DNA of 64,000 bases from Amphiscolops sp. MND2022 (taxonomy: Eukaryota). Positions 24,544-35,864 of the stretch are shown here, piece after piece. Position numbers and translations under genes: made by a program. The notes below the pieces were generated by a model that saw nothing but the letters and a program-made list of their open reading frames with translations, was not told the origin of the DNA and ran no database searches. The stretch is from NCBI GenBank assembly GCA_964187785.1, contig OZ076410.1, positions 310,001 to 374,000 of the forward strand, given 5' to 3'. Each line of letters opens with the position of its first letter. Position 1 is the first letter of the stretch.

Positions 24544-27079
24544 AATTTTGTTTCATTTTTGGCATCGGTGCTCAAATTATTTTTTTATGGAGCTAAATGA
24601 GGGTGTTTTCATAGGACCCCATGAAAATGCACATTTTGGAACCCTAGGGTAGCAAAAACTTGAACTCAGCGCGAAAATTCTACGAACTCGTAATGTGAAT
24701 GTTGCAGTTTTGTGACCAGAGCCAATTTTCCATATTTTTAATCGGCGCTTCATGAATTGAAACGCGACTATACTAGTGACTCTTTTTTTCAATCCACACG
24801 AACTGACCGAAAAACTTGTTCCGTTTTTCCAGCACAACATACAATACCGGACGATACTAAGGGTCACCCTTCAATTTTTGTGATGTTTTGCGACATGAAT
24901 GTTGAGAATTCCGAAAGGGTTTTCCCTTTTAGCGCGCCAGTTAAGTCCAATTTTGGGTTTATCGGGTACTGTAAAAGAGATTGCTTGACACTTTGAAGTC
25001 CTTTTGCTATTTTTGAGCCTTAGATATGGCGGCGACTTATGCCGTTCCCGGCGTGTTTATTTTCCTGACGCCAATTCTCAATAAAAGTTGGCTTTAAACA
25101 ACAGCAAATTATCATCTACTTTTGTCTCTTGAAGAAGCTATAAAAAACCGAATCCTTTGAATACATTTAACGCTTCTTAAGAATGTAAAATGCCAGGGTC
25201 ACTTACAAGTATTATTATGCTCCATTCATGTGAAAAGGCTTTCTCTGTTTTTCAAGCAAAGCAAAACTTGTAGTCCGACATTTGGCTGCTGTCAGATACA
25301 AAAATCTGGTTGATTTGAGAATTTCCCTCTCCTGGCTTGAAACGGGAAAAGCTATGAGGAAAGATTAGATTGGTAGTCGGCGCTTTTCTAGTGAAAAGTG
25401 CCCGATTATTACAGTGGTTATTTTTTTTTCGTCAGACCAAATAGCTCACCCTGTATCTACCACTTTTTGTGAATTATTCACTTTTACCAAAAGTACTCAG
25501 TACTTGATTTTAAACGCATCCAAAAGCCTTTAACCTGAAATACAAAACCCAGAAGGGTCCCCCTTCCAGTTTTTCGGCACTATGAGACTTTCCCTGCCCC
25601 TTTTTTTGCTCCGTGAGACTTTTTTCGGAATTTTTTAAGGTCTCCAAAGGGTTTACATTTTTTTGGCAATATGAGACTGTTCAAAATTCTAATTTTTTGT
25701 TTTTTTTTCGAAAATTTTTAATTTTTTTTTTGAAAATTTAAAATTTTCTTTTGAGAAAAATTTCTGCACGTCTAATGCTTTAACTTCGCTAACATTAGGT
25801 CATTTCGACAGTTAAAAAAAGAACTTCACTCTTACGGAGTTTCTCAGTTCCGTTGTTCACGCCTCATCTTCATAAAGCATGGCGTCGTTTCAGGTTGCGT
25901 CCGTTTTTCTAGCTTCTCTTTTGAATTTCACTTGCAAGTGAATATCACAACCAATCTCATCGATATTATACGAGACATACGTTGGGCGCCAAATAATGCA
26001 TTTACATCTTCCCTCTTCCATTTACTGAGAATGCGATTCACCATCTGTGAATAAAGAGAAAGGATACTTGAAAAATCAAGATCACTACTTATCAAATTTC
26101 TAATCAGTTCGGCAGACTAGACAACAAAGCATTTGCCAGACTTGAAGGTTCGCGCTTTTCTGGACGTTGAAATTGAAATAACAGGACCGGGTACATTTCA
26201 ATTAGAGAGATGAATGGAAAAGTATTTCAATGGAACGAAATGGGCCTAAAAAGCATTCACTGAAATTGGACAGACGTTCATTTAGAATTATGAATGTATG
26301 CCCCAGTGGATAGCAATTTGTAGCCTTGAATAATTAATTAGAGGTCGATTCTCCTCTATTGAACACGCGCCCTAGACGAATTGATCCAACGGTCGTCTGC
26401 TGATTTCACAATTTACAAAGATCAACCAAACAAACCAGAGCCGCATATGCGGAAAAGGAGTCGGCTTAGGTTTTTTTCTTCTGACTCGCCCCAATCCCAG
26501 TCATACCAATTTATTGGAATTGCACACATAGGACCATACTATGGTGTAGAAAATGACTGTAAAAGTCTTCGGTCGAATCGTATGAACAGTTTTAGCAAAA
26601 GTCAAAAAAAGTCGAAAAATGGCTGTTTTTTGGCCATTTTTGGGTTAATTTTGGCTATGTTTCTCACATCCCAGCCATACAATTTTGATGCCATTGCACT
26701 TATAGGACTCTAATATGGTGTAGAATGACTGTAGAAAATTTCGTTCGAATCGAATGGACAATTTTTGAGAAATTTGAAATTTTCATGAAAAGGTCGGGAG
26801 AAAAAAAACAGCACGATTGCATAAGTAGTCGAAAAATTTTTCCAACTCTTAAAAATTAGAAGCTGTAACTATGTTAATATCTAGAATACATTTTTCACTT
26901 TATTTTTCAAAACATTTTCAAGTTAAAAATTTGGTATATAGATTATAAAATGTAATTATATTTATACAATCAAGGATCTCTTCCGAGTCCAGAAACATGA
27001 TGTGAAGGTCGTGGCAACCGAGGAACAATAAAAACTTTCCAGAAGACGTGCTTGCTTCCGCGAGTAATGAGATGGAACA

Positions 27080-27960
27080 AAATAAAGACATAGTGTTCCT
27101 CAATAGCAATGGTAGTTACTGTGTGAGATACCCGCCACTACAACGATCATCACACCTATGCCCATGTATGATCGTGATCCCACAGCTGTAATCAAGGCAT
27201 GAAAATTGATCAGAGCGCACGATGCAATGGGACATCAGGCATCGGAAACGTCTCGGCTTGAATGCAAGAACGGCAAAGCTGACCAATATGCCAGCCAACG
27301 CATGACTTGCCAAGTCCGCGCCAAACCAGGTGATTTCAGTGTCCATTTGAAGAGTATCCAAAAGTGGTTACTTGAGTGACCTGATTTGCCCATCGATAAA
27401 AAGACTGGAATCTTGGTTATCACTGACCACTCCTCCAACTTTGCCGAGGCATTATCATGCAGTCATGACGAATATGATGCAGCCACAAGCTCACTGCTAC
27501 AATGACTGAATGCAGTTAGACAACACTCCAAACATACCAGTTGACGTCTGAAATGAGTCAATAAAAGCTTCTCAAACAACCAAGATAACATCTATCTCTG
27601 GTTACACTTAAACTCAGGCACTGGTTCGGAGACAAACCCGAACACATTCAGGTTGCTGAAACTGCTAATGGTGTTTTGCTCCAGACACATGTGTTTCTGG
27701 TACAAGAGCCTGGATAATGTGATGGTGCTCACAATACGACTCGTCATGCGACAACCGGTTCTCTCATTGTACATGTTAACGCGGAAAACGAAAAAAATAG
27801 GCACAACTGCCATTGCGCGATGGCTCCGAGCAGACGATCTCTTTGAGGATTTAAATTATTCACAAGGAAAAATAGATTCAAGCTCGTGTCCAGGGATTAT
27901 ATGATCTTTCTTTATATTATGTCAAAGAGCGTTGGCTAGGTCCTTTGTACGAGACGATGT
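27080..27960 (+). pseudogene. Degenerate Ty3/Gypsy-type integrase fragment
   Basis: Across frameshifts and stops: RAHDAMGHQ (zinc-finger His pair), ILVITDHSSNFAEA (first core Asp), LVRRQTRT, GAHNTTRHATTG, RWLGP. Confidence 0.7.
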
Positions 27961-28847
27961 GATTTACTGTATTCTCTGCGGCAGTAGACGCTAGATAAAG
28001 CATTTAACATAAACGGAAATTTTGCAGCTACACAAATGAACTGTCAAGCCCAAATAAGAATAGGTGCTATTGACACAATTACCATTTGGAAGTAGGGATA
28101 CACTACAATTTTACAATTGATCAAAGAAATTGAGAATCGAAAAGTTCTTAGTCTATACCTTTCTCATCAAAATGTCCAGACTTTTTAATTTTCAAACTTG
28201 GACACCTACTCAAGTGTGATATGGGGTGGAACTATCGCTGATACATCAGAAGAGACAAGCGAGAACACAGTCAGGAAATTGTTTAAAACCCTAAAAGTTT
28301 CAGATTTTCAACAATCATTTTCTCAATGACGAATAATTTTAGGATGAAACTTTTACCAGATTGAATATAACATCCCCCAGTGTCAGTTGTTCCTTATAAT
28401 GGGCCGGTTTGACGTGGTTCAAGTAGTGAAATTAACAAAATCATTGAAAACAATAAAGTAATAGGAAAATTCATCCAAATCTAATAAAATCGCGCCGATA
28501 GACAATTTCCGTAGAAATTTTACATTGTCAGAAAAATAATCAATGTTAGTAGTTTTTTTGTATTATTTCGGATAGCTTCGAAACAATGGTTTGTCGGAAA
28601 ATGGCCCTAGCATATACAAATAGGAATGTCAAAATACGCGTAAAAGTTTTTTTCACCGAAAACACCCAAAAAAATTCCAATTTTAATCGCCTTTTTTCAA
28701 CGCCCAGTAATAAAACCTTCAGCCACTGAAATCATGGGTCATGATACGTCAGCTGACGCCTATGTTTGGCCGGTTTGATGTGGTTTATCAACCGAAAATC
28801 GGCAAAAACTTTTGAATTTATCTGAATTTCACGTTTCCGAAGGTTAA

Positions 28848-29381
28848 ACAAGCCGAGAACGGCCAAAGTCGGCGCCATATCTAAGGCTCAAAATTAAAAA
28901 GGGGGACCTTTCGGGCTTTGTGAAACTCCAGCTGGTTGCAAAAACTTTGAAAAAAATCGAAGGGGGGCCCTTTGGACACATGAAAAACTTTCCAAAAAAA
29001 ATTTTTTTGAATGAGATTTTTGAACAGTGTCACAGTGCCGAAAAATGTTAAAGGGGGACCCTTTGCAATTTTTTGACATCCATTGTGTTGCAAAATATCG
29101 AAACAAATGAAGGGGGGACCCTCTGGTGCAATCCAAAAAACTTCAAAAAAAGTGCTGAAAAAAAGTGGGGCTAAGGTGTGTTTTCGAGGTTGTGGACGTC
29201 TGTTTTGTTTTTTCTTTTCGTTTTGGACGCTTCTGAGGTTGGAGTTGTTGAGGTTTGAAGTTGTTGAAGTTTGAGGTTGTTGAACAAATGAACAAAAAAG
29301 TGGACCTTTCGTGTCTAAAAAAAAAAAACTACCCACTGTAATAGTCGGGCACATTTTCTACTAAAATGCGCCGACTAAAAA
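28848..29381 (+). mobile_element. ACAAG family copy
   Basis: ACAAGCCGAGAACGGCCAAAGTCGGCGCCATATCTAAGGCTCAAAA start; end ATAGTCGGGC...GCGCCGACTAAAAA. Confidence 0.75.
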
Positions 29382-31206
29382 TCGCACCGGCCTAAAGATC
29401 TCGGAAAATCTCCGAGAGGGCCCAGGAGTAATGGGTTCTACGGAAGTGCGCTCAAGCACCCCCAATTGCATAAGGCACGTCAAACTACACAGTTTTCGCA
29501 AAAAAACGATTTTTTTTGCAAAAAACACGAACATTATCCGATTTTTTCCCATTTTCTCAACGACCAATGATCGTAGGATAACGAAACATTCATGAGCTTA
29601 GACAAGACATCCTCTTGCGTCGGTCGGTATAAAGTCAACCGGTTCGATGTCGTTTAAAATGCAAAATTGGGCAAAATCTACTATTTGAAATTATTTCCGC
29701 GACAAACCCCAAAAAATTTCTGATTTCATATCGCCATTTCTTTAACGCCCAATAATTGTAAGATAATGAAACTTTCACGAGTTTGAAGATGACATCCTCT
29801 TGTGTCACTTATTTTAAGACTGGTAAAATGTGGTTCAAGTGGTAAAATTACGCATAATTGGAAAAAAAACCCTAAAAATTTTCGCAGAAATCGTGTTTTC
29901 AAAGCTAATAAAATCGACCAGGCGGAAAATTTCCGGAACCTTCTTACATGGCCAGAAAGGGCATTCAGTTGCGGTTCTGGTTTTAAATTTTTCAATTGTC
30001 TCGGAGACTTGAAATAGGCTTGGAGAAAAACAGCCGAAACTTTTACTAATGCAGAGGGATGTCACGTTTTGGCGAAAAAACCCGACGCAAACAATACGGC
30101 ATCTCGCTTCGCTCGTCGCATTAAAAAACAATTCCCTGCCTTGACTGTTCCAAGATTTATTCGCCCGATCATCCAATTCCACAGCGTGAAAAGAGATCAA
30201 GTAATCTTTGAACTGTTACTTTGCAGTACAACAGCACCAAAATTTCAAACACGATCGCGTCATTCGCGCAAATGCCTTTGCCATAAATATCCTCGATGAG
30301 CCAGTAAATACTTTGTCTTGTCACGTAACCAAAGTCAAAGGTGATAGCGTCCTAGGAAACGTTAACAGTACGCAATTAATTTTGAACAAGACGCCCGCTA
30401 AGCGTCGGGATATTTTCGGCCTTCATAGTTGACTATTTTAGATACTTGACTAATTTTGTAGAAGTTTCTTCTTCTTCAAATTCTTTTTCTATTTTAGTTA
30501 CCAGTAACTGAATGCGTCACTATGCGGAATTTACTTGAACGGGCATACGTCACTGTACCTTGGACAGTGGAAAGCTCTTAGAAACACTCGCAAATTAGCA
30601 GCTGCTAAACACTTCTTTAATGCAGTTCAGAGTGCTAATGCGATATTAGTTATAGCAACACCGTATGTAGCGAATACTGCAAAAATGATCTTATCGCTTA
30701 GTTACCTTCATTAAGTACGTAGAGCCTTAGATTCTGAAATGTGCGACTGGCCATGCGATGCTTGGTTGCTGATTATCCTGTGCAGTGGTTGTTTAAGCTT
30801 GTGAGCTGCTGATTTGCTTAGTTTTCCCTCGTGCTTCTGATCAATTGCCCTGGAAATTCATCTTGGCTCCGTTTTTAAAGGCTTTCGAAACGTCAGTCGT
30901 TTCCCCCAAAACGCCCGTTACCTTCAGCAATCACAGTCCGTGACATATTGGAGCATATCTATGTGAAGCGTGGCCCACTCCGGGACAACACCCCCTGGTG
31001 TTAACATGGGTCTAATTGAAGGTGGGAGTCCGTCCCTCTTCAGACCCCCCCCCGCTTGCTAGCTATGGAAAGATACCCGAAAGTTTGTCATTGCATTTGC
31101 AATTGGGATCTACTTGGGATCTTGTCACTCACTTCACTTCAGCAATTTTTACTTAACCGAATTTCGTCTCAAATAAGATTAGAGTGAATTATTAAGAGTG
31201 TTAATC

Positions 31207-31207
<1 letters not shown>

Positions 31208-31251
<44 letters not shown>
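31208..31251. repeat. (AAT)n microsatellite; others at ~14385-14406 and 33528-33572
   Basis: Perfect AAT run. Confidence 0.95.
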
Positions 31252-31252
<1 letters not shown>

Positions 31253-33524
31253 TTTTATTAGACTCTCTATGTACAAATTTTTAATATTATTCAGACTCTC
31301 TGTGACATGCCAGACTCTCTATGTCCTAGCGGAAAAAATTAACTCGCAAATATTTAAAAACAGCAAGAGTTTCGTTTCTCAACAAATACATGCCAACATA
31401 GTTGGGTGTGATAAGATTACAATTGCAATATTTTCCAAATGTCTAACTCTTGATTAACAATTGTTTCAAGGCTGAAAACATTTATCACGTGTTATTTGGT
31501 ATTATTGGATGCTTTTTGTCCGCCCAGCGAGGATTATCGGAGGTCACGTGACCTAATCTTATTCTGACGTCACAGCTTCTCATTCGTTGTTCATTTCATT
31601 CCGCATACTAGACAGCAGTTCTAGCAGCATTCTACAATGTTTCTAATCAATTCTTATGCTACACTTATGGCCTGGTGACGGTCTCAACCTTTTAACTATT
31701 AGACTCTCGATGATTTTGGTTCTTGATTATCAGACAATATATGACTCAAAAACTAATATTATAGGACAATTAATGAATAAAATAGCCCCCATTTGTTTGC
31801 GATTGCTCTTTTTCTGACTCTGTTTCTTTTTAACGGTTTAAAATAGAGCAACAAAACGTATACAAATGTTTACATTGGGTGAAACCTAAACGAAATGTAT
31901 CTTTTGAGTCCAAAATGAGAGTGTCATTTTCAAGTTTGGGTTTGAAATATTTTGAGCACTAATTTTCAGTCCTTACGTGACAAGGGTATTTCTTGCTATA
32001 ACTCTTTTTTATTTGCATTTGTAACCCAATGAAGCTTACTAACATCAATTAAACAACGTTTAGGCATCGTATTATGCAAGTAATGTTCTGTTTTTAGTTT
32101 TTTAAGCATATTTTTCTCGTATTCAACCAATTTTTAATTGTGTGTCATGTAGCAAACGCGAATGTAAATGCTTCCTGATTTCTTTTAAAAACTTCCGATG
32201 AAGTGTCCAGTTATGTTTTTACTGAACTGACTAATTGCGAAATTGATTAGCATGCCAAAACGGCAGTTGGCTCTTGGAAAAATATGAAATGGCATCAAGC
32301 CAAACGCCCTTTGAGAAGACAGATTACGTCAAGACGAGTCCAATAATTATCACTCGTCGATTAAATGTCGAGTAAGTACCGAGTTTCGCCAAAAAAAGAC
32401 ATAAGGAGAATCAAAGTGAATCTCATCTTATTCCTCGACCGACTCTCTGTCTGACCAGTCCTGGGGGTTTCCTTCGCATTAACCGTAGTACCGTGTAATT
32501 TCTAGTTTCTGTTGAACATGTAAGACGCTATATGATTAACATTCACAATAAAAAGAAACAATTTGATGTCATAACATAGCGTTCCCGTCATACTGAAGGT
32601 GCAATTCATTACGACACGTTTCCCTTTCACAACATAATCTGCAATTTCGGGCACCCTGATGTGCTGGCAAAGAAACTCGGCATGTAAAGTCAAAATGGAC
32701 GCTGTTTAAAAAATTACTGTTTTGGTTTCATTACTTCTTTTTCTTTTCCTGTCAGCTTGTTCAGCTTTGGGAGTTGGCACAGAAGTTTTGCTTAATGATG
32801 GAGTTTGCGTTACATGCCCTTAGCTAATATTATTAACCAGTTTTGACGATGGAGTTGCCTCAATTTCCGAGTCGAGTAAATCCAACACCTGCAGTGAACA
32901 ACGGTTTGACTCACAAATGTTGTCAATTAGTGCCTGTGTCGCAGGTCGAAGGCTTGGAAATCCAATCAGTGGAGTGTCCGGGGCAACAACGATGTTTTCT
33001 GAACTCACATCTAGTTTAGATTCCTCTTATAACGCTGGTTTTTCGATCTGAGGCTTAATTGTAATATAAGTGCCATTAATTGTCTAATAATTGCACTTGT
33101 TGAATTTTTGAAACATTAGTAGAAATGTGAAAATAAAAACCGTTGAAGAAAAGATATCAAAAAAACTTAAAATTTAAAAGTGCTCGTTTAAGGTCTCGGA
33201 ATGAAGACAAACATACCTGATTACGCAATTCGTTGAGCGGTAGACAGAATGGCAGCGCAAACGCGTTTCCGGCGTGAAAAAACGACGTCATAGAGTGTCT
33301 TGAGCGGTGGTTGGTTATCACATTAACCAGCGGGCGGAAATTTCCAACTCTTTGCATGCAGCCTTGTATTTGGACACTATTTGATGGTTTATATTTGTTT
33401 TTGCTGCAGTGTGAATATAACTTCCCAACTTGCGAAACTCTCTATGTACACCCGTATTTTGGAGTTCAGACTTCCTATGACACGCCAATTTTGCGTTTTC
33501 TATGTACATAGATGGTCTAATGGT

Positions 33525-33573
<49 letters not shown>

Positions 33574-33781
33574 TGTGGCGTTCATGTCTAGTCAAAACTA
33601 AGTTTTCCAAACACAAAATGTCTGCAAAAAAGAAAAAAAAATGCGTTTCTTCTTAGCCGTGGGCCATAAAGTTTGGATGACCAATTTTCGATGCAGCAAC
33701 ATATCAGGCAAACCACTCCATATGTTTGTTAATACGACCCCAAAGAACTCACTGAATTGCAAAAACCGCCGATTCATTCAT

Positions 33782-34190
33782 TGTTGCTGTGCAATACAAA
33801 TAGAACGGAATTAAAACAAATAATAAGGCCATATAGCCTAGTTGTGTAGAGCACCGGTCTCGAGACCATAAGGTCGCAGGTTCGATCCCCGGAACCGTCA
33901 AATATTTGCGAAATTGCCCAAATATTCAAAATAGCTCTGATTTTTGCAAATATGTATTTCGAATAACCTTGAAAATATGCATAAAAAGGTCTTGCTAGCC
34001 GTTGTTTGTTATTGTTTGATAATATTGATAATTAATTATTGTTCTTTTGCCAACCAAGGTTTAATTTTGAATACTTTCGTAGTATCATTTGCCTCGATTT
34101 GTCAACGATTATGGCCGTATTTGAAAGATATTATTCAACTGCTTCCTTTTTGAACCAAAGTCTATAGTATAGAAACCTTAGACTTTTACA
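33782..34190 (+). repeat. 5' LTR of BEL/Pao element
   Basis: TGTTGCTGTG...CTTTTACA, matches 42448-42856. Confidence 0.97.
33827..33900 (+). ncRNA. tRNA-like Pol III unit inside the 5' LTR (identical copy at 42493-42566)
   Basis: A box TAGCCTAGTTG (33834), B box GGTTCGATCCC (33879) at tRNA-like spacing. The anticodon arm is the perfect palindrome GGTCTCGAGACC. Confidence 0.65.
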
Positions 34191-34207
34191 TGGTGGCAAT
34201 AGAGAGG
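34191..34207 (+). promoter_or_regulatory. Primer binding site of BEL/Pao element
   Basis: TGGTGGCAATAGAGAGG directly after the LTR. TGG pairs with tRNA CCA; the first 8 nt resemble Leu-type PBSs (tentative). Confidence 0.75.
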
Positions 34208-35030
34208 CCCGACTGTTTTGTTATATTTTGGTTAGAAACATATGAGCAGTTGGTTCATTTCCAAAAGCGAAGTGCTTGAACTTTATTCTCTGCTTCTCAC
34301 AAACGTGACTTCTAACACTTGGATTACGAAGAAAAAACATTTCAATACTCATGAAACCTGTCTAACAGCTGCAACTGCGCTGCCCTATTCTTCCCCTTTC
34401 TCGCTGTGACCAACAACCACCGAGCACTGAAGAAGGTGTTAACAGCATCGCCAATACCGCTGCCGCTATCTTTTCTCCTCAACCAGCTAGATTGACACCC
34501 CTGGCTCACAATCCCAACTTTTTCAACAGCTGCAGCAGAAACCCAACTAGAACAGCATCTTCGGATTTCTTCGGCCGCTTCCTCAAGTACGTGTTGTGCC
34601 TCTGAGACATGCACTGCTGTGAACTGGCCTTCCTCAGTTGAAACGTGGCTGAATGAGCAACAGTTCAGCGTCGGTCAGCAAGAATCCAAAGAGCGTCAAC
34701 GATTTCCCGCAAGGAAGACGATCCCCAACCTTTTTTTGCCCCACGATTCTAGAAGCCTTCGGCTGACGAGTCTGACAATTTCGATGACTTCATACCAGCA
34801 AGATCTACCAGGTATTAGTGGTGACAAACCTTAGATGTGTTTTTTCTTTGCTTTGTCCTAAATTTGTGCTAATCAGTGCTAGCAAGACCTGAAAATAGGC
34901 CTTAGGAGTTTTTCCAAGGCGTTCATTCGCAACGCAAATTAGCTCATGTAGACTGATAATCTGAAAAAAAGTTTCATAATTTCCGATAATTTTGGAAAAG
35001 GCAGTGAAAATTGCTACGAAAAAAAACCGA

Positions 35031-35633
35031 ATGGTTCGAATTTTGGCCGCAAGTTCTTTGCACCACGCAATTGAAACTCTAAATCCCGAATATCAAAAGG
35101 CTTTCAAAGAAAAAGTATATTCCATTCCGGGCCTGAGTTTGAACATTAACGCAAAAAATTCTCAAAAAATAGTGCAAAATCTCATTGAAAAAGATTTCGA
35201 AGACGAAAAAGATCTGATAATTTGGCACGACGTCATTAATAACAGTATCTGTAAACATAAAAGCAACTTTTATCGTGCCTTGTCAGTAATTGACTTAGTA
35301 AATGTTCTGAAATCCTATCAACATAGAATCAGGGCTCTTGTGTACTGCCAACGGAATCGAACGCCTGACATTTTCTTGCAATTGAAAGAGACAAACATTC
35401 TTGTACTGAACATTGAAAAAGACTTTCTCTCGCTGCGTAAGCAAAAAGATCTCGATTATTTGCAAAATTTGAAGGCGTTGCACCAGAGTCCTGATCTAGA
35501 ATTGAAACATTTGAATCTAGTTTTGAAATATGAAGATGATTTGTCTCAAATTACTGCCCGAATTCGCCCCAAACGCCCCTCTAAACGAGCCCGCAAAGCA
35601 ATAAAGAACACGTTGCCTGCTGCCAACGATTAA
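35031..35633 (+). CDS. Accessory ORF upstream of gag, putative SGNH/GDSL-hydrolase-like protein (200 aa)
   Basis: Intact ORF MVRILAASSL...SIPGLSL...IIWHDVINNS...KALHQS with a basic C-terminal tail. Motif order resembles SGNH blocks I, II, III and V. Confidence 0.6.
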   Translation: MVRILAASSLHHAIETLNPEYQKAFKEKVYSIPGLSLNINAKNSQKIVQNLIEKDFEDEKDLIIWHDVINNSICKHKSNFYRALSVIDLVNVLKSYQHRIRALVYCQRNRTPDIFLQLKETNILVLNIEKDFLSLRKQKDLDYLQNLKALHQSPDLELKHLNLVLKYEDDLSQITARIRPKRPSKRARKAIKNTLPAAND

Positions 35634-35650
35634 ACTACCCCGCCTCTCGA

Positions 35651-35759
35651 GTTGTAGCTGTGTCCGGACTTAACTGACCGGTTGACGCTGCAACCCGCTT
35701 CCTCCTTTCCTTTCTGTGCTGTGTCCGAGCTTAACTGCTCGGTTGGTGTTCAGAAGGAA
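35651..35759 (+). other. Two similar RNA stem-loops (loop TTAACT) between the accessory ORF and gag
   Basis: Hairpins at 35651-35694 and 35707-35759 share internal and terminal loops, while their stems differ but remain paired. Confidence 0.7.
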
Positions 35760-35864
35760 CTTCCACCCTAAACCGCAGCGTGTTTCTTTTTAATTCTGTC
35801 GTACACCGTGCGACGCATCGTGACTATCTTCTTTTAGCCTAAACAAACAAAAAAAACAGGCAGG

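Noticed and set aside
32502-33008. Two short minus-strand ORFs (MSSENIVV..., MTLHAEFL...)
   Set aside because: Coding-like but short, frameshifted and unassignable by eye.
34330-34834. GC-richer stretch between the PBS and the accessory ORF as another gene
   Set aside because: All frames are broken within ~70-90 codons and show no motif; it may be 5' UTR or a decayed ORF.
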